A DNA stretch of 55,728 bases, counting the filler, from Bipalium vagum (lineage: Eukaryota): the NCBI GenBank assembly GCA_037834085.1. It is 3 parts of 3 records of this genome, joined end to end, with 100 filler letters (N's around TTAATTAATTAA, not from the genome) between each part and the next. Parts side by side here need not be neighbours in the genome. Positions count along the whole stretch, not along the records: positions 20,624 to 38,428 come from JBBMKC010050270.1; 2 more parts are not named here. One strand, written 5' to 3'. The first letter of the stretch is position 1. Each line of letters starts with the position of its first letter. The translations under genes were made by a program, and so were the position numbers. The notes under the pieces were generated by a model. That model was not told the origin of the DNA and ran no database searches. It saw only the letters and a program-made list of their open reading frames with translations. Positions 23,221 to 38,528 of the stretch are shown here, in pieces.

Positions 23221-23779
23221 AGAGATTTCTAATTTTTTTAAAATATATTTTGTAAATAATTAAAGTTAAATTACTTTTTGAATTGTTTGATGTATTAAAT
23301 CACCTCTTCATATATTTAAACAAAAATTGAATTATTTATGTGGTTGTAGAAACGAGAATTTAAAATTTATGGATACTTCTATTTATTAGTTTACTGTAAT
23401 GTTATTTTTTTGAATGTTATTTAAAAATTGTTTATATTTTGGTTCCATGTTTCAAACCGCATTTATTTTTTATTTCTCTGCCAAATATAAAATATAAATT
23501 TATTATTTTTATATTTATAAAATACTAGAAAGTAGGTCATATTATTATTTATATAATCGATGATGTATACTTACTACACTCTAATATTTTAGTCAATTTT
23601 TATATTTTTTATTACTTCTTTAATCTTAGAATTAATATTTTATAAAGAGTAACATGAATTAAAAGTAAAAAAAATAATTATTTAATATTTCTTTTAAATA
23701 AAATATTCAGGATCTGAATAATCAAAGATTAAAATAATAACATTTAACTAGCTCATTCCTTTAATTATATTCTTTTTCA

Positions 23780-24574
23780 CCATTAGATTTATACAGAATC
23801 GTACGATGGTTATATCGCTAAGTTCTTAACGGAGTTTGTGCGACTTCTTCGTATATGGTCTTCTAAGCCAAATGCGAAACATTGTATTCTTTTCCCATAT
23901 GAACAGTTTTGCTTATGTGACCCATTCTGTTACAACTGTAGCAGATAATCTCATGTTTGAATCTGTCTATTTTCATTGTTATCAAGAACATGGTTATATG
24001 GTTTGTAGTATGTGGTTCTTTACTTCCTAATCTTCACTCTTGTCTTTATTGCATGTTTCTCTCTGTAGGACATGATGTTATCTTCAGTTTCAAATTTTCC
24101 TTTTTCGAATTTCTTGATATTGTTTATCACCTCTTCAGAATCTTTTTTCTTCTTTCTTCTCTAAATATTGCCACATCTCTATGTTATTGCAGCAGTGCAA
24201 CAAAAAATTTTTTTTCAGGATTTCTTTATCCAACGTGTATCCCATTAATCGGTTTACCAAATCACTTGGTCTTTTGACATAAACATTCCTATCATATTAA
24301 TTGAAGGCTTCTATAAGATTCCTCACCATTGACATTTGTTTTCCAAGAGTTTTTCATTCGCCCTTCATAACTTGTTTTCGAAGCCTTAATTCAAACTTTT
24401 CTTTCAGATCGTTCTCTATCAATCCTGTCACTACCAGCTCTCTAATATTCCTAGGTAGGTCAAACTTTTCAAAATAATCTTTATAAATGTTAAGAAATTT
24501 CTCTACATCATCTAATCTTCTAAATAGCTGTGGTTTCAAAGATCCAGTAAAAATTCTCTGTTTGTAGTCGTCAT
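23780..24574 (-). mobile_element. LTR-retrotransposon (Gypsy-like) gag remnant with zinc knuckles
   Basis: MTTTNREFLLD/LKPQLFRRLDDVEKFLNIY..; CYSCNRMGHISK/C (CCHC, frameshifted); a second degenerate knuckle CFAFGLEDHIRRSR. Confidence 0.75.
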
Positions 24575-27139
24575 ATTAGTCAAAATTGTACATTTTCTGT
24601 ATAATATTTTTTTCTTGAAACACTCACCAAAATTTACTGTTTTTTTTAAACAAAAATTATTTATTCAATAAATTAATATAATGTGCTTTTGTATTTTAAA
24701 ACATAAATTTTTATTCAATATTATTTTAGAATTAAAAAAATAAATCTAAAAGATATAAAATAATCTAAGTTTAATTTATTTAAAATAATGAGACAAAAAA
24801 AATTATAAAAATTCTACAATCTGTTTAAATTTTGAAAATAATAACAATAATAAAAATAAATAATAAATATATTTGTTATTATATAAAAATGTTATTTTAA
24901 AAATGAGACTTGTTTTCCTTCAAAAGTTTTTGTTAAGATTAATGATAATATCTCTATTTAATTTATGCATCGAATCTTTCAAATTATTCTGCTATTCCCC
25001 CTTTGAGAACATGTATCAGATCTGGTTCATGAACATTGTCGAGAAAAATTATTACCACATCTCCCTTGTCATCGTGTTTTTTGCATCTGAAGTTGTCATA
25101 AATCTCGACCACCATCAATTATATTACATATAATTTTGATAATTTCGGGATTGAAATGATTAATTATCTTAATTGTATAAGAAACGTATTTAACGAAAAT
25201 ATTAGAGAAAAGTGGTTAAGACTTTGATTGTACTGTTGACTTTTGGATTATACGCTTTTTTAAAAAAAATTTAAAGTACGATGGAATGGTTACACCTTGG
25301 AATTTCGTGATTAATCTTAACTAATTGAGTTATAAAAATTAATTTTGTGATTTATTATTATTGATAAATTAAAAAATGTGAATTTTTATATCTGTACTTA
25401 GTTATTTATTAATTCAATACAACTTGAAGACTTTTTTATAATTAATAAATAATTAGTATCAATGTTGTTTGTTTGTAAATACTTTGATTTTAGTAATTCC
25501 AGCTGCTTTGAATTAAACGTGAAGCATTATTTTTGTTTCTTTATCGGCTAGTTGAAAGTAATTATTTTAAAATTAATAGATTACAAGCAAAAAAAAAAAA
25601 ATTTTATAAAAAATATCAATTCATAAAAAAATCTCCTGTGACACTATCAAACATAGCTTCGAAAAAGCCTTGTGTGATGTTGGAAATCTAAAAAACGATT
25701 TTTCCAGTATGGATATAACCGAAGAGGATTATGTAGAAATTTGAAATAAAATAAAATTATTGTTACTTTTTTTGTTGTTGTTCTTTGGTTTTATAATCAA
25801 TCAAAATATTTTCTATCTTGCAATCAATCTGAAATTATTGGCCAAAATCTTTAAAAATTAAACCTCTCTTATCTATTGAATTTTAGGGTACTTAAATTTT
25901 TTAAATTACTTTTTATATTTATTCTTATACAACAGTTGTCAAAATAATTTGACAATTAAAATAATCTGTATTGGTTTTAAATATTTTTGCCTTTTGTAGT
26001 CATCATATCCAACGATTGTTCTCCATTCGTTCAGATATTTGTGAATAATTTTTTTGAAAATGAATGATTTAAAAAACAAAATATTAATGGTTAATCATCA
26101 GCTTAAATAAATATTAAAAAATATTTATTAAAAAAATTGATTTTTAATGTATAAAACTCCAAAGATTATATTATAAAAATCTAAAATTACTTACTATAGT
26201 TGACAACACAATAATAAGGAATCTTAATTAATAAAATAAAATATCTATTAGTTAACATCATTCGAATCAAACTGTTTAATTTAGTATTACACTTTCTAAA
26301 TTACATATTTATAATGTACAGTTAGTATAATAATATATAAATATTTTTAGTTAATATTATAAATTTATTTCATTTAATATCAATCATTAACGCACACTTT
26401 TGTCTAGAAAGTAAGTCATTATTAAAGTACTCATTAAAATTTTATTAATTCTATTATTTATTTGGTTTCTTTGGGTTACTTATAAAAAATTTCTAAGGAA
26501 TTCATTAATTATTACAATAGAAGCATAGTCTAAAAATATCATTAGTGAAATGGTCCGTTAGTACAATTATCATCTTTAATTAATTGTTATTATAATTAAT
26601 AAAAATCCAATTATATTTTTTATTGATTTTCGTTATATATTTCTTTCACGCATATATTAAATAGACGTGATTTATAAAACAATTATATTCATATAAGTAC
26701 TAAAAAAATAATAAACAAGTTTTCATTGATAAAAAAATTGATAATTTTTAGAAAATTTAAAATTTTAAAAAAATATTTTTTCTTGAAAAATATTGAATTT
26801 TTAAAATATATTCAAAAGGGTCTCCATTTGACAGACATGTATTAATTTGAAATATGAACATTCTTTTAATAAAATTTTAATTTTAGAAAAAATATTATTA
26901 ATTATATTTTCATTTATCTAACTGGATTAATTTTGAAGCATTTAATTTTACTGAAATATCTTTTTATTGCTTCAATATAAATTATGCGCAAAAATTATCC
27001 TCCAATTAGACAAATGATTAAAAAACAAAATAATTTCAAATGTACAATTCCTGTTAGCTTAACTTTGTTAAAAAAACAGGCATGTCAACAAAACAATGGT
27101 CTTGATATTATTATGCTTTAAAGCACCTAATACAACTTT

Positions 27140-27340
27140 ACAAACATGAAGACGTGCGTTGTCATTCTGGAAGCAGAAGCTGTTGTGCTATTTCATTAAA
27201 AGTACAATGTTTTCCTCAATGATTTCTTTGGCATACCTCTCAACATTCAAATTCCCACCAATCATTATCAAAGGGCTTAATTGTTGAGAAGATATGGTCG
27301 CCCACACCATAATTGAGCCGCCACCAAATTGATGGTGTTG
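27140..27340 (-). mobile_element. Tc1 transposase catalytic-core fragment
   Basis: FGGGSIMVWATISS..GNLNVERY..FQNDNARLH. Confidence 0.85.
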
Positions 27341-29369
27341 TTGCAACAATCCAATAACATTATATTTTCCCATTAATTAAAATAATTCAATTTCTATTTT
27401 GAGTCAATAATTTTTTTCAATATTAAACACAATTTCAATTTAATTATCTTTAAAATCAATATTTTAATATTTCTCTATGTAATAATTTATGGAATTAAGT
27501 TAACTTTTTTCAATTAATAATCATTTTGTAATATACAAAAATTTTTTTTACTTCTTTCAATTTATTAAAATACCTGCTGAGAGTAATATCTAAAAATGCA
27601 CTGGAAATTTCGAATAATCCCGTCTTTTGTCTATGTTTTACATACTTTTATTAGTGTAAATTCTGATGATAAACGCCCCAACCTGACATGGCTCAACAAC
27701 TAGCTCAAAGTTTCTTCTTTTCTATCAGTGTTTTAAAATTATTTCATTCTCAATCTTGTCTCTTTCAGTTTTTACCATCCTCGCTTCTGTACTGAATTTT
27801 AGTTTTTGAACATTTTTCGCATCTCACTAAAATTATTTTTATCTAATAACACAATCATAAAAGAGAAACAACAGAAAGTAAAATATTCTCATTTAGACAA
27901 TTCAACTGTGTAACTACCGTTCGTGATCCTGTTTTGTTTCGCAATCGTTTTATTTCATTTTTATCATCACCATCATCACATATAAATATTATTTAATGTA
28001 ACATAAACAATCTATTACTAGTAGAGTAATAATCCGATATCTTAAATCATGTTATATGAAATTTATGATGCTGTCTAAGCATGATCGAGACCTCTTTGGT
28101 TTGGATAATCTTGTTTTATAATAAAAACAATCGCGAATTTAATTACATTTTATTATAGAAACAAATAATGGAAATAAAGTTTAAAATTGATATTTAATTA
28201 AATATATTTCGAATAATATATTTTTATATTATTTTAATATGAATATAATAAAAAATGAAAAAAATGAAAAAAAAATACAAGTAATTCAAATTTCTAGTTT
28301 CGAAATTTTATCATTATTTTTATATTTAATATAAAAATCAATATAAATAAAATACAAATAAATGAAAAAGTTTACAGGTCGACTGACCATAGCATTTTAT
28401 AAATGAGTAATTATTATATTATTAAAAGAAGATTTAAAAGAAAAGTGAATAATATATTTGATTGTACTAAATATGGATTTAATACACTAAAAACTAATAT
28501 TATACACGGAAAAATAAAAATTAGATAACTGGAAATTACAATGAATTTCCTTTGGTTTATGTTAAACCAAAATATTATTTTATTTCAATATCAACTGATG
28601 TTTTTGATAAATTCAAGTTCTTTACGATCTCCCGAATGGTGATGTTTCTATGAGATATTTAAAATTTAAAAAATAATTGTTGATATTTAATTACGTCATA
28701 ATCGAAGTTTTTAAAATTTTCGAGTAGTTTGGCAAATAATAAATAAATGTTAAAAGAAGAGGATTTGTCTTATCAAAAAGAGTTTAGTTCTATTGAAGCT
28801 AACAGTTTTAATTATTGTCTTAATTTGGTTTCTATTAATTTTCATTGGCTTATCAGATGTATCACGAGAGGAAAATTTCCCATAACCATATTTACTAAAC
28901 TCATTCTGAAGATAATGTTACAGTATGTTTGTAATAAGCAGTTTTCGATTATATAACGTAGGCTGTTATGAAATTTTGTGAAATCTAATACTTAAATAAA
29001 ATCAAAAACATTAATATTTTCTCAAAATAATGTCATTAAGAGTAAACTCTTGCATGCGATCGAATCAGGTTTCGTAGTATTTTTTACCATTCTGAAGTTG
29101 GTACTTCAGATAACATTAATTACTTCAGGTGGAATAAAGCACCCGTATGTATGTCATTTCTTTCACTTAATTTCGGATATATTCTTATAAATCGAAGATT
29201 AAATCACTTTCTTTGGAATACTAGACTTCTCTTAGTTTGAATTCATCTTTATATAACCAAAAAGTGAATTCTTGCATACTTTTAGAGACATAAGAATAAA
29301 TTTACGTTTTATTACAAGCAAAGATATTATTAATAGGAATTAAATATTAACGACATCTGTTAAAATAAC

Positions 29370-29480
29370 CTTAACAGATGACCCTCACGAAAGTCGACCT
29401 CCAAACTTGTTGATGCACCCTGAAATTCTGCGAACCTTTTTTAAACGAAGCTCTTCGATCTTGCTTCATTCTGAAATCTT
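29370..29480 (-). mobile_element. mariner N-terminal fragment
   Basis: RFAEFQGASTSLEVDFREGHL, resembling WFxxFxxGxxSLEDxxRxGRP. Confidence 0.55.
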
Positions 29481-31959
29481 AAATGAAATCTATCTGGAAA
29501 TTGATTTAGTTTAAGGCCATGTTTAGAATCAAGTAAATCATCGAATAATGATTATCCCGTAAAAGGTTTACAGTTTATTTAAAAGTTTCATTTAAAATGC
29601 TTAGCTATTTAAAAAAATTCATTAATTTAGGGTTATTTAAATGATTCATGGAAATTCACTGTTGAATTATGTCAGTTATAAAATTTATGAAATTAGTTAT
29701 ATTAAATAAAGTACCCGATACTTCTAACTTTCCAATAGCAGAAACAGTAGTAAAGATTTACCAATTGAGAGTAGATAATAAAATGTTGAGTGAGGTGATT
29801 AGTACACAATACAGGATTGTGATATTTCAATTTGTTTACCCATTTTCATTGTTAATATTTATTGATCTACAAAATCAATAAGTGTTTTAGATTTGAAGAA
29901 CCTTTTTGAATAACAATAAAAACCAAAGTTTGTTTTTTTTCCAAAACTTCAATACAAAGATTTGTTTAGAAAAACAAATCTCATTCAAGAAGGCTTCTGG
30001 TCTTGATGAAAATCTTTTACTGGGAAATAGTATTCTTTGGTAAAATGGCTATTGTCATTATTAATTCTTTATTCAGCACAAATTATCAATAAAGTTAATC
30101 AGTTTTTCTTTTTAAAAATGGTTACTGTACCTCGCGCTTTTATTATTATTTGACAAACTCAGAAATTATTTTTTTAATAACATAAATAAATAGACCGACT
30201 CATTAAATTATTTATTTTAGAAATTGAAAATTTCCTATATGGAATATCTCAAAATTTCTATTGTCAAATTCTCCTGACGCTTTCATTTAATATTATTAGA
30301 GAGAGAGGTTAATTTGAAATTTATTTCATTTATATTTATTAATTTTGTCGAATTAATCGTGAATTTCAATAAATATATATATCGCATAAATGATTAATTA
30401 ATTAATTATTCAGAATTCGTTATGAGACATTAATTTATTGATTTATCAAATTAAAAAAATTAAATTTAAAGAATTCTTTTTAAATGTAACATAAAAATAA
30501 TCATATTTTGTTTTAATAATGTAAATATTTTTAATTTAATTAGAAATTAAAAACAAATTGCATTAAAAGATCGATATTTAATTCCATTGATTGGTGAGTG
30601 CTATTTGATAGAAATATTATATTTTTCAGATTATAAAACGACATCAGTTTTACCCTAATTGACATGTTGGATTTCTGAAAGGAGAATACGCACCGTTACA
30701 ACTTTAGTATTTGTAAAAATACATTGAAAAATTATATGGGAAAATTTTAATCCAGTCGGAACTTTCAACTGATAATTTAATTAAATTAATGTCACTGTCC
30801 TTCTGAAAATCACCCCGGTATATTTTCTTTCCTCGTGTATAATATAAATCATACAAAAATGTCTTATTTTATTATTGAATTTCTTCAATGATGTTTTCTT
30901 TTATTATAATAATAATATCTACTCATTGCCGGTATAATTCATTATTATATTTGATAGTTTTTTTGTTATCTCTCTTTAACTGAAAAAGCCATAAAAACGA
31001 TTGTTTAAGTAACGATTATCAAATATTTCGCACAATAAACAGAAAGATTAAGCAATGGTACTTCAATCTTTGAAATAGAACTTTTATTCTCCCCAATTAT
31101 ATTATTATATTTTTTTTGGAATATTCTTGTTATTTATCAATTTTTTTCATGATGAAAATGAATTTTCATGGTTGATATAATAAAAGGAATTTTATTAACA
31201 GTTTAGTTAATAACATCTTTTAATAAGAATTTGTTAATATTTATTTAAAAATAAAATATTTGAATGAAGATCTGAAGAAAATAATTTGGAACATTATTCT
31301 TCCAAAATCACTGGTGTTGTTTAAATAACGATTTTAATTTTTAAAATTTTATTATTTATAGGTTATTAATATTACAAATAATAAAACAAATCTAATTGAC
31401 GAATAAATATATCATTTTGATTATCATCATTGACTCAAGAACATTTTCTTTATTTTTCATTAGCAATATCATTCATTTATACAAATCATTCTTTTTTATT
31501 TACGTTTTATTTCATTTCTTTCTATTAGATTCACAGTATGATCCAATATTTTGAATGTTTCACTTTTGTGAATGATCTATAATTCGGGGTTTGAGAATGA
31601 CGCTGTGCCTCGTCTATGTGTAGATGGCTAAATATATATTGAAATTTTTCTATAAAATCAATTACTTAATATAGTCGGAAATTATTTAATTAAAAAGAAA
31701 TCGTCTACATTTATAGTTTCAGGTTATTTCTTTGTAAAAAGATTTACAGGAAAAATTCAGAATACCTTTAATTAAATTATTTAAGTGATTCACATTTGAT
31801 TCTAACAATTATTGCTTAGCTAGAAATAATGATAGTTTTTGTTATTTTTGATATGGAAGATTTTTTTATTTCATCATTTCAAAGTAATAAAACATTTTTT
31901 GGTTTTAAGGATTATGTAGAAATATCCATTTAAATCGCACGTAACAATTCTTTCCTAAA

Positions 31960-32380
31960 ATCTATTGCCAAATGGTTTTTGAAGGAGTTTATTGCAATTC
32001 TCAATTTGTTTTTTTGCTTGCGCGACTGATGTGGATCTTGTCTTCGTAGTTTTTATTCATAATTCAGGTGAATTAAATATTTATTGACGATTGACTTAAG
32101 AATAGAAGTATTGTCGATAATTCTTTGCAACTTGAATATGAATTTTTCTCTAAGGTGACATATAATGCTTCTTCAAGATCTGACGGGCGACCCGGTCGCG
32201 GTTTTTGTCAACTAAACTGGTCTCATCTTCCTTGAAGTGCTTAAACCAGATTGTCGTGGTATTTCGATGGACTATACCTATACCTTCAACTTCACAAATT
32301 TGTTCAGCTGCAGGTTTTGCACTTATCTCTTTTTACCAATAATGCGCAATAATTCACAAATTGCTATTTTATCTTCATTC
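31960..32380 (-). mobile_element. mariner N-terminal remnant
   Basis: SAKPAAEQICEVEGIGIVHRNTTTIWFKHFKEDETSLVDK/RPGRPS. Confidence 0.8.
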
Positions 32381-33179
32381 ATTTCAAGCTGGATAAATCT
32401 TTAGAAAATAATCTCTAATTTTTAAACTAATATTACCTTATTTGAAAATCGCGCTTTAAAATAATTTATAAAATTTAACAAAACAAAATGCAATTTACTT
32501 TAAAATATTAATGTAAAATTAGTAACTAATTATGCACAAAGATTTTCTGGACAATCTAGTAATAATTTTATACAAATTTATTAGTGAAAAAATTAAAAAT
32601 ATATTGAATAAATAATAAAAACATTTTTAAAAAAATGATTTTAAGTTGGGTGGCAAAGTAAGCACAAGAAGTTCGGGATGCCATCCGTATATTTGATAAA
32701 ATAAAATTAATTCAACACTTAATACTAGTTTCACAAAGAAATATTGAATGACGTCTTCTTTGACAAAGTCAATTGAAAAGATAGTTTAAAAAAGTTTATA
32801 TCAGGAACTACCTGATCATTTGTTCAGCAAATGGGAGGTAGAAAAAACGTATACAAATATATACAGGTTAGATTTACAAGAAAGCTGTTTTCAGGATTTT
32901 TTGTGCCACTCATACCTCTTTTTGACGGATTGTGAGAGCCGATGAAAATTGAATTCTGTAAAACAACGGCATGAGTTCTTTACAGAATTTGATGAGTATA
33001 CAATTCCTAAATATATTTTAACATTTTAATGTGGCTAATGTCTGGTTTCATGATACTATCATTTTTAAAATCGAAAAGTTCTTGGATGGTAATATTCACT
33101 TTTTCAAAAGAAAAGAACCTTGTCCTTATCAAAAAATGCTGAATTTCCAGAAACACTCGACAGCTTAGTGTGAGGAATA

Positions 33180-33750
33180 TAAGAAAGATAAGATAGAGGT
33201 TTCTAGTCAGTCGGTTATCTTCTGGACTGTCTTCCTGGTGGTATGCAATGATGCATTATTCTAATGAATAATGAGTCTACTCTATATGCTAAATCTGGTC
33301 ACCTTTCAATTCCTCCTTTTAATTCATCTAACTGAAGACAATACACGATTATTGTTTCACCAGATTGGTACAGGTTGAAATGCATAACATTCCTTCAAGA
33401 TTAACTTTTCCCATTAAAATTTGGTTTTGCAGTGATCATACTTTTTTAGGAAGAGGAAAGTTATTACCTTTTACTACTGGAGCTGTACTACATATTCAAC
33501 ATAAGACACCATTTTTCATACGATTCAGAAAGTTTCTTGTTTGGAAACGATGATTTAGAATATCATAATCTATTTCTTTTTGTGTCATTCAAAGAGTTTC
33601 TAGTAAATCGAAATTTTCGACTTTGAATCGGGAAAACTATAACATCTTCTGGCATCAAAGGTATCCGTATCGATTTAACTTGAAGACTCTAGTGCTGTTT
33701 TATCACGAAATTCGTAAATCATACAATGTTGTATTCATTCAGCATTTTGT
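33180..33750 (-). mobile_element. Highly decayed mariner remnant
   Basis: HCMIYEFRDKTALESS..FSRFKVENFDL. Confidence 0.55.
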
Positions 33751-36329
33751 CTGTAATTTCAATAGATTTGATATTACATTAGTACATTAAACTTACTTTA
33801 TAAAAGCGCCAAAAAGCATATGGTTTTAATATATTTAAACCATTTATCAATTCATTATGCATTATCACAAAACAACATTACTTATATGTTGACCTAATAG
33901 ATGCAGAAAATTAAGAAGTTGTTTCGAATTCCATGAAGATAAATTGGTCTCAGCTTTTCAAAAATTATGTCGCCACCATTTATTTCTTCAGGTTTACTAG
34001 CAATATTTCTGATTAAAATATTAAGAGTTATTAATAGCTAAAATATAATTAAAATATAGAAACATGATTTTCATTTCAAATAAAAATATTTTTTGTTTCA
34101 TCTATAATTATGGCAGTTTCATTTAGGATATGTTCAATTAAAAATTTGAAATGACAAATCTTTATTTATTTATATAAATATATAATATAAACTCGATTAA
34201 TAATTAAAATTATTTCTTTTTCTTATAATTTTGAAGTGTGAAGTAATTTAATTTCAGTATAAATAAAATAACTTAAAATAAAATAGGGTTATTTTGGAAT
34301 ATTATAATTTAATTTTGAATTCTGAAAAATATAAAATTATAATATTTATATTAAAAAAATACATATGATTATATAAAAATTAAAAAGAATTTTTAAAACA
34401 AAACTTTTTGAATAATATTTATTAAAAAGAATTAATAATACAAAATAGAAATATAATAATAAAATCTTTTATATTTAAATATGTAAAATAAACATTTAAT
34501 ATTTTTAAAAAAAATATTTACATGTATTAATACAAAATTAACCAAACAAAGATAAATTTCCGATACTTTTATATAAGTTGTGATAACTAAATAAAATGTT
34601 CACTTATTTTATGGAACTTAATTACTGTAATTTAAAATGTACTCATTTTCAATAAAACACTCTCGATACTAATGAATTTTAAAGAAATTATTGAATATCT
34701 TGTTCGATCAATCTAATTTAATCCGTGTGCACATTATTTGAATAGGTAAGTAAATAAGTTCGTTACAAATTCCTTATAAATTCATATTACATCATATAGA
34801 GTACCATGTGCTTTAATTTCTGGTTATCCATTGTATTTATCATGGGTAATTTGAATGCTCTTCGATGCATTGATGAAACCATGAGATCCGTATTATTTCC
34901 ATTAATAGAAACCACATAAATCTATTTATTTCATGAAAGTTGATAAAACGTATTTGAGAATTTCATTTGTTCAGTTTTAATTTTTTTTAGTGATGCGCTT
35001 TTATCGGATTTTTCAAATTTTGAGATATTCAATAATTTATATTTTTTAGATATTAAATTTCTCTCTTATAGTTTAAGGTAAATTTTTAATTTAACTGTTC
35101 TGACCTTTACTGGTATTAATTGGTCACATGTAAATATTTCGCAGCTTTACTGCTCATAAAAGTGAAACCGGTAAAATAAAAAGATCTATACAGATATATA
35201 CTTTATATTTATGTATCGTTGATTTCACTCATAATCAACGTAATTGTAACTCATTGTGATTGTAACATACATATTGATGGGAATTTTTAAGTAAAATTTC
35301 GAGCTACTTACTACCTCTAATGTTTGTTTGTTAGACAATGAAAATTTAAGAAATTTTCGATTAAAGTTAATAATATTTCTGTCCTTCAGCTTGTCTATTG
35401 TTTAGTATGGTCTAATTTTTCAATTAGAATTTTTCTGTTATTTATTATTCTTGAGTTTTCACCTTCTTATATATTTATGGTTATACTGACCAAATCACCC
35501 GAACTTCTTTTATTCAGATTATGGGGTATATTTTATAGTAATAGTAATACAGAGAAATAATAATTTTTTATTTTGTTTAGAATGCGAATTTCTATCGATT
35601 ATACCTTTATTATGTTTCAGATATTTTATTAATTTAATATTATTTAAAGTTAATAAATAATACTTTAATTTTGTTAATTTTATAGGTCTGTGAACTAAAA
35701 CATTATCCTTTATGAATCTCTTATTTCATCACTTATATTATTGTTACTATATTAGTGTCACTATTACAAAAAATCACAAAAACCACAATAAAAATTAATT
35801 TTTATTTTTCAATAAAACACTAATACCATCTCGAACTTCTAATATTTCGAGTCTATAACTAATGAAAAAAGGTTTTAACAAATAAACGATTCAAAGAATC
35901 AATATAAATAGTGAATGAAATTAAATATAAAAAATATGTACGAAACTAATCAATTTAAATCAATAATAATTAATCAAAATCGATTTTATAAATCATAATA
36001 TATAATCATAAATCAAAACTTGTTACTTTATTCAGTAGTAGATTCCTTTTCTTCTTTAGAAGACTTTTCAACCAACCGATTTACCGGATTGTTGACTGAT
36101 AAAAATTGTGGACATAATACTTAATTTCTCTAAATTCTTTAATATTTTCATTCGAGGTTTGATAATACTAAAGGTATAATGAGTTCTTCACTCCATCCAT
36201 AAAAAATAAGAAATTTTTTTTGTGAAATTATAAAATCATAATGTAAATGTTATAAAGATCGATAATTTATTTTTATTACAAAATGATCAATATTTACTTA
36301 AAAAAACGAATAACGTGGTTTTTTTATTT

Positions 36330-36710
36330 TTCTCTAGTTTTAAATCAAGTTCTCTTAGAATTGAAAGATGTTCTTTGATTCTTGACCAATTATCTTCAGG
36401 TTGTTGTTCCAAATATTTTATCAAACATTCGCATACATTTAATGATTCTAACTAAGATTTTCTTTCTTTTTCATGTTTTAATTCAATGTTTTTTCATTTA
36501 TTTTATATTTTCAAGATCATCCTCTTCATTTTCACCTTTAGTTGATATGTTTTCTTCTATCAAGATATATATACTTGCCTCAATCTGTTTATAAACAGGT
36601 AATTTATTTATTTTTAACAACCGACTCATACAATTTTGAATCAAATGACGGGAATGTTATATTTTTGCATCTTTGCTTTGAATGTATCGACGATTTCTCA
36701 GTATTTTCAA
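36330..36710 (-). mobile_element. Possible internally deleted pogo/Tigger remnant
   Basis: An acidic tract followed by ESLNVCECLIKYLEQQPE, as in Tigger C-termini. Confidence 0.4.
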
Positions 36711-38380
36711 ATAAAAATAAATAAATTAACGTGGATATAATATATAAGTAAAAATAAATAAAATTTGAAAATATACTGTTTTATGTTGAATAAAAGATTA
36801 CTATTTTTTAATTTTTAATTTTAATTTTCTTACACATTACATAAAATTTTCATATCCGATAATCTATTATTTTTTCAGATTCTACAAAGCAAAAAATCTT
36901 CGTATAACGACAACGTTATTACAAAATTGTGCTCTTCATTTATGGGTTTGATATTTTCAATTGTAAATATTTATATGATAATCAACATTCAACATTAATC
37001 GATTATTACAAAAAATAATTATTTCCTGGATATTTAAGATAAAATTATATTAAACATTTAAAAAACATTCAGAATTTTTAAACCAAACTTTAGATAATTT
37101 CAAATAATAATAATAATATTATTATTATTCTATTTTTTATTGCTTTTGTTACTATCTCATTTGTAAATATTAATTGCTCTTTTTAATTAAATGCATATTG
37201 TAAATTTTATGCATTTTTAGATTTTCTTCATTTCTAAGTTTAATAAAAATAATGAGTAAATATCCAAACTTTTATCAGGTTTTAATACCTTTACTCAAAT
37301 ACGCTGAGAAAAATGATATGCAATTATTAATAGGAAATAATCGTTATTATTTAACCGTAAACATTTCTGGAAATCTTAATTAATTACGCAACTCTTTTCC
37401 TGGATTATTGATATTTACTAATTCATTCACTAATTCCATGAAGAATAATATGTAGAGTTCATTAAAATTTTATTTTTTTGCTTATTTATTCTCGTTAAAA
37501 GAATTTTATAATTGCATTGAGAGCAATATAAAATATAAAATATATTTTTAAATAAATAAATAATTGCCATGGAATTTGATTACATTACTTGGGACTTTAT
37601 TTGGGAATTTATTATTTTAGTTACCCCTTTAATACATATTGTCACCATTCAAATGAAATGCGATATATTATTGATGTTTCTTTCATAGAGAGAAAATAAA
37701 AAATCATTCATGTTTATAAGTAATGAAATTGCTGCTCCACATGAAGAATTTCCTTTTACTAATTTCGATCAAGCATTCATTGATTATGATGTAGAAGCTT
37801 TTGATCCTCAATAATCTCTAAGTTTTGTTGATTTTTCTCAATTTTATTCGAGACTTATCTTCCTATCCCTCAAATACTGCAATAATTTAAGAAAAAAGAT
37901 AATAATCATTTTATTCTTTTCTAATCTCTTTCTCAAAATACACAGAAATATATTGATTTGTGTATTATCTTTTTAGTTTTTCCTTAATTGCTAATTATAG
38001 TCATGTTTTTGCATAAGTAAATTTCCAAGATAATTTTCATATGATTTGAAAATCTTATTTCTTTTTGATATCAATGGAAATAATATAATAATATTATAAA
38101 AATTTTAAATTATCAACATTTAGAAAAAAAAATTTATTCATGAAATGAAAGTGCCGAATAAATTCATTTGGAATAATATTTAAATTTGTTCACGTTGTTT
38201 TAATTGTCCAAATAAAACACAAAGTATCAATTTACCCTTTGGTCATTAAAACATTTAAGTAATAAACCAGTTATATTTCCACCTAATTTGTTCGCGTTTA
38301 CTTGACCATAAAAATGTTTTTTTTTAAAAATAAAACTTACCTGTTTTATTAATGTAAGGAGTTTAGATTACAAATGAATG

Positions 38381-38428
38381 GGGGACGTAGCTCAGCGGTA
38401 GAGCAGTCCATGCGCATGTGAAAGGTCC
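38381..38428 (+). pseudogene. 5' part of a degenerate tRNA-Ala(CGC)-like sequence (pseudogene or SINE head), cut by the gap
   Basis: GGGGACGTAGCTCAGCGGTAGAGC has an intact D-arm and A box. CGCATGTGA sits at the anticodon position. The 5' anticodon strand is mutated. Confidence 0.7.
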
Positions 38429-38528
38429 NNNNNNNNNNNNNNNNNNNNNNNNNNNNNNNNNNNNNNNNNNNNTTAATTAATTAANNNNNNNNNNNNNNNN
38501 NNNNNNNNNNNNNNNNNNNNNNNNNNNN
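38429..38528. other. Artificial assembly spacer N44-TTAATTAATTAA-N44
   Basis: Exactly 100 nt. Confidence 0.97.

Noticed and set aside
27660-27720. Hammerhead ribozyme or Penelope end at CTGATGA
   Set aside because: No stem II followed by GAAA.
24600-38300. Exons of a large spliced host gene
   Set aside because: I could not find a consistent exon chain or conserved peptides. Small exons cannot be excluded without RNA-seq.
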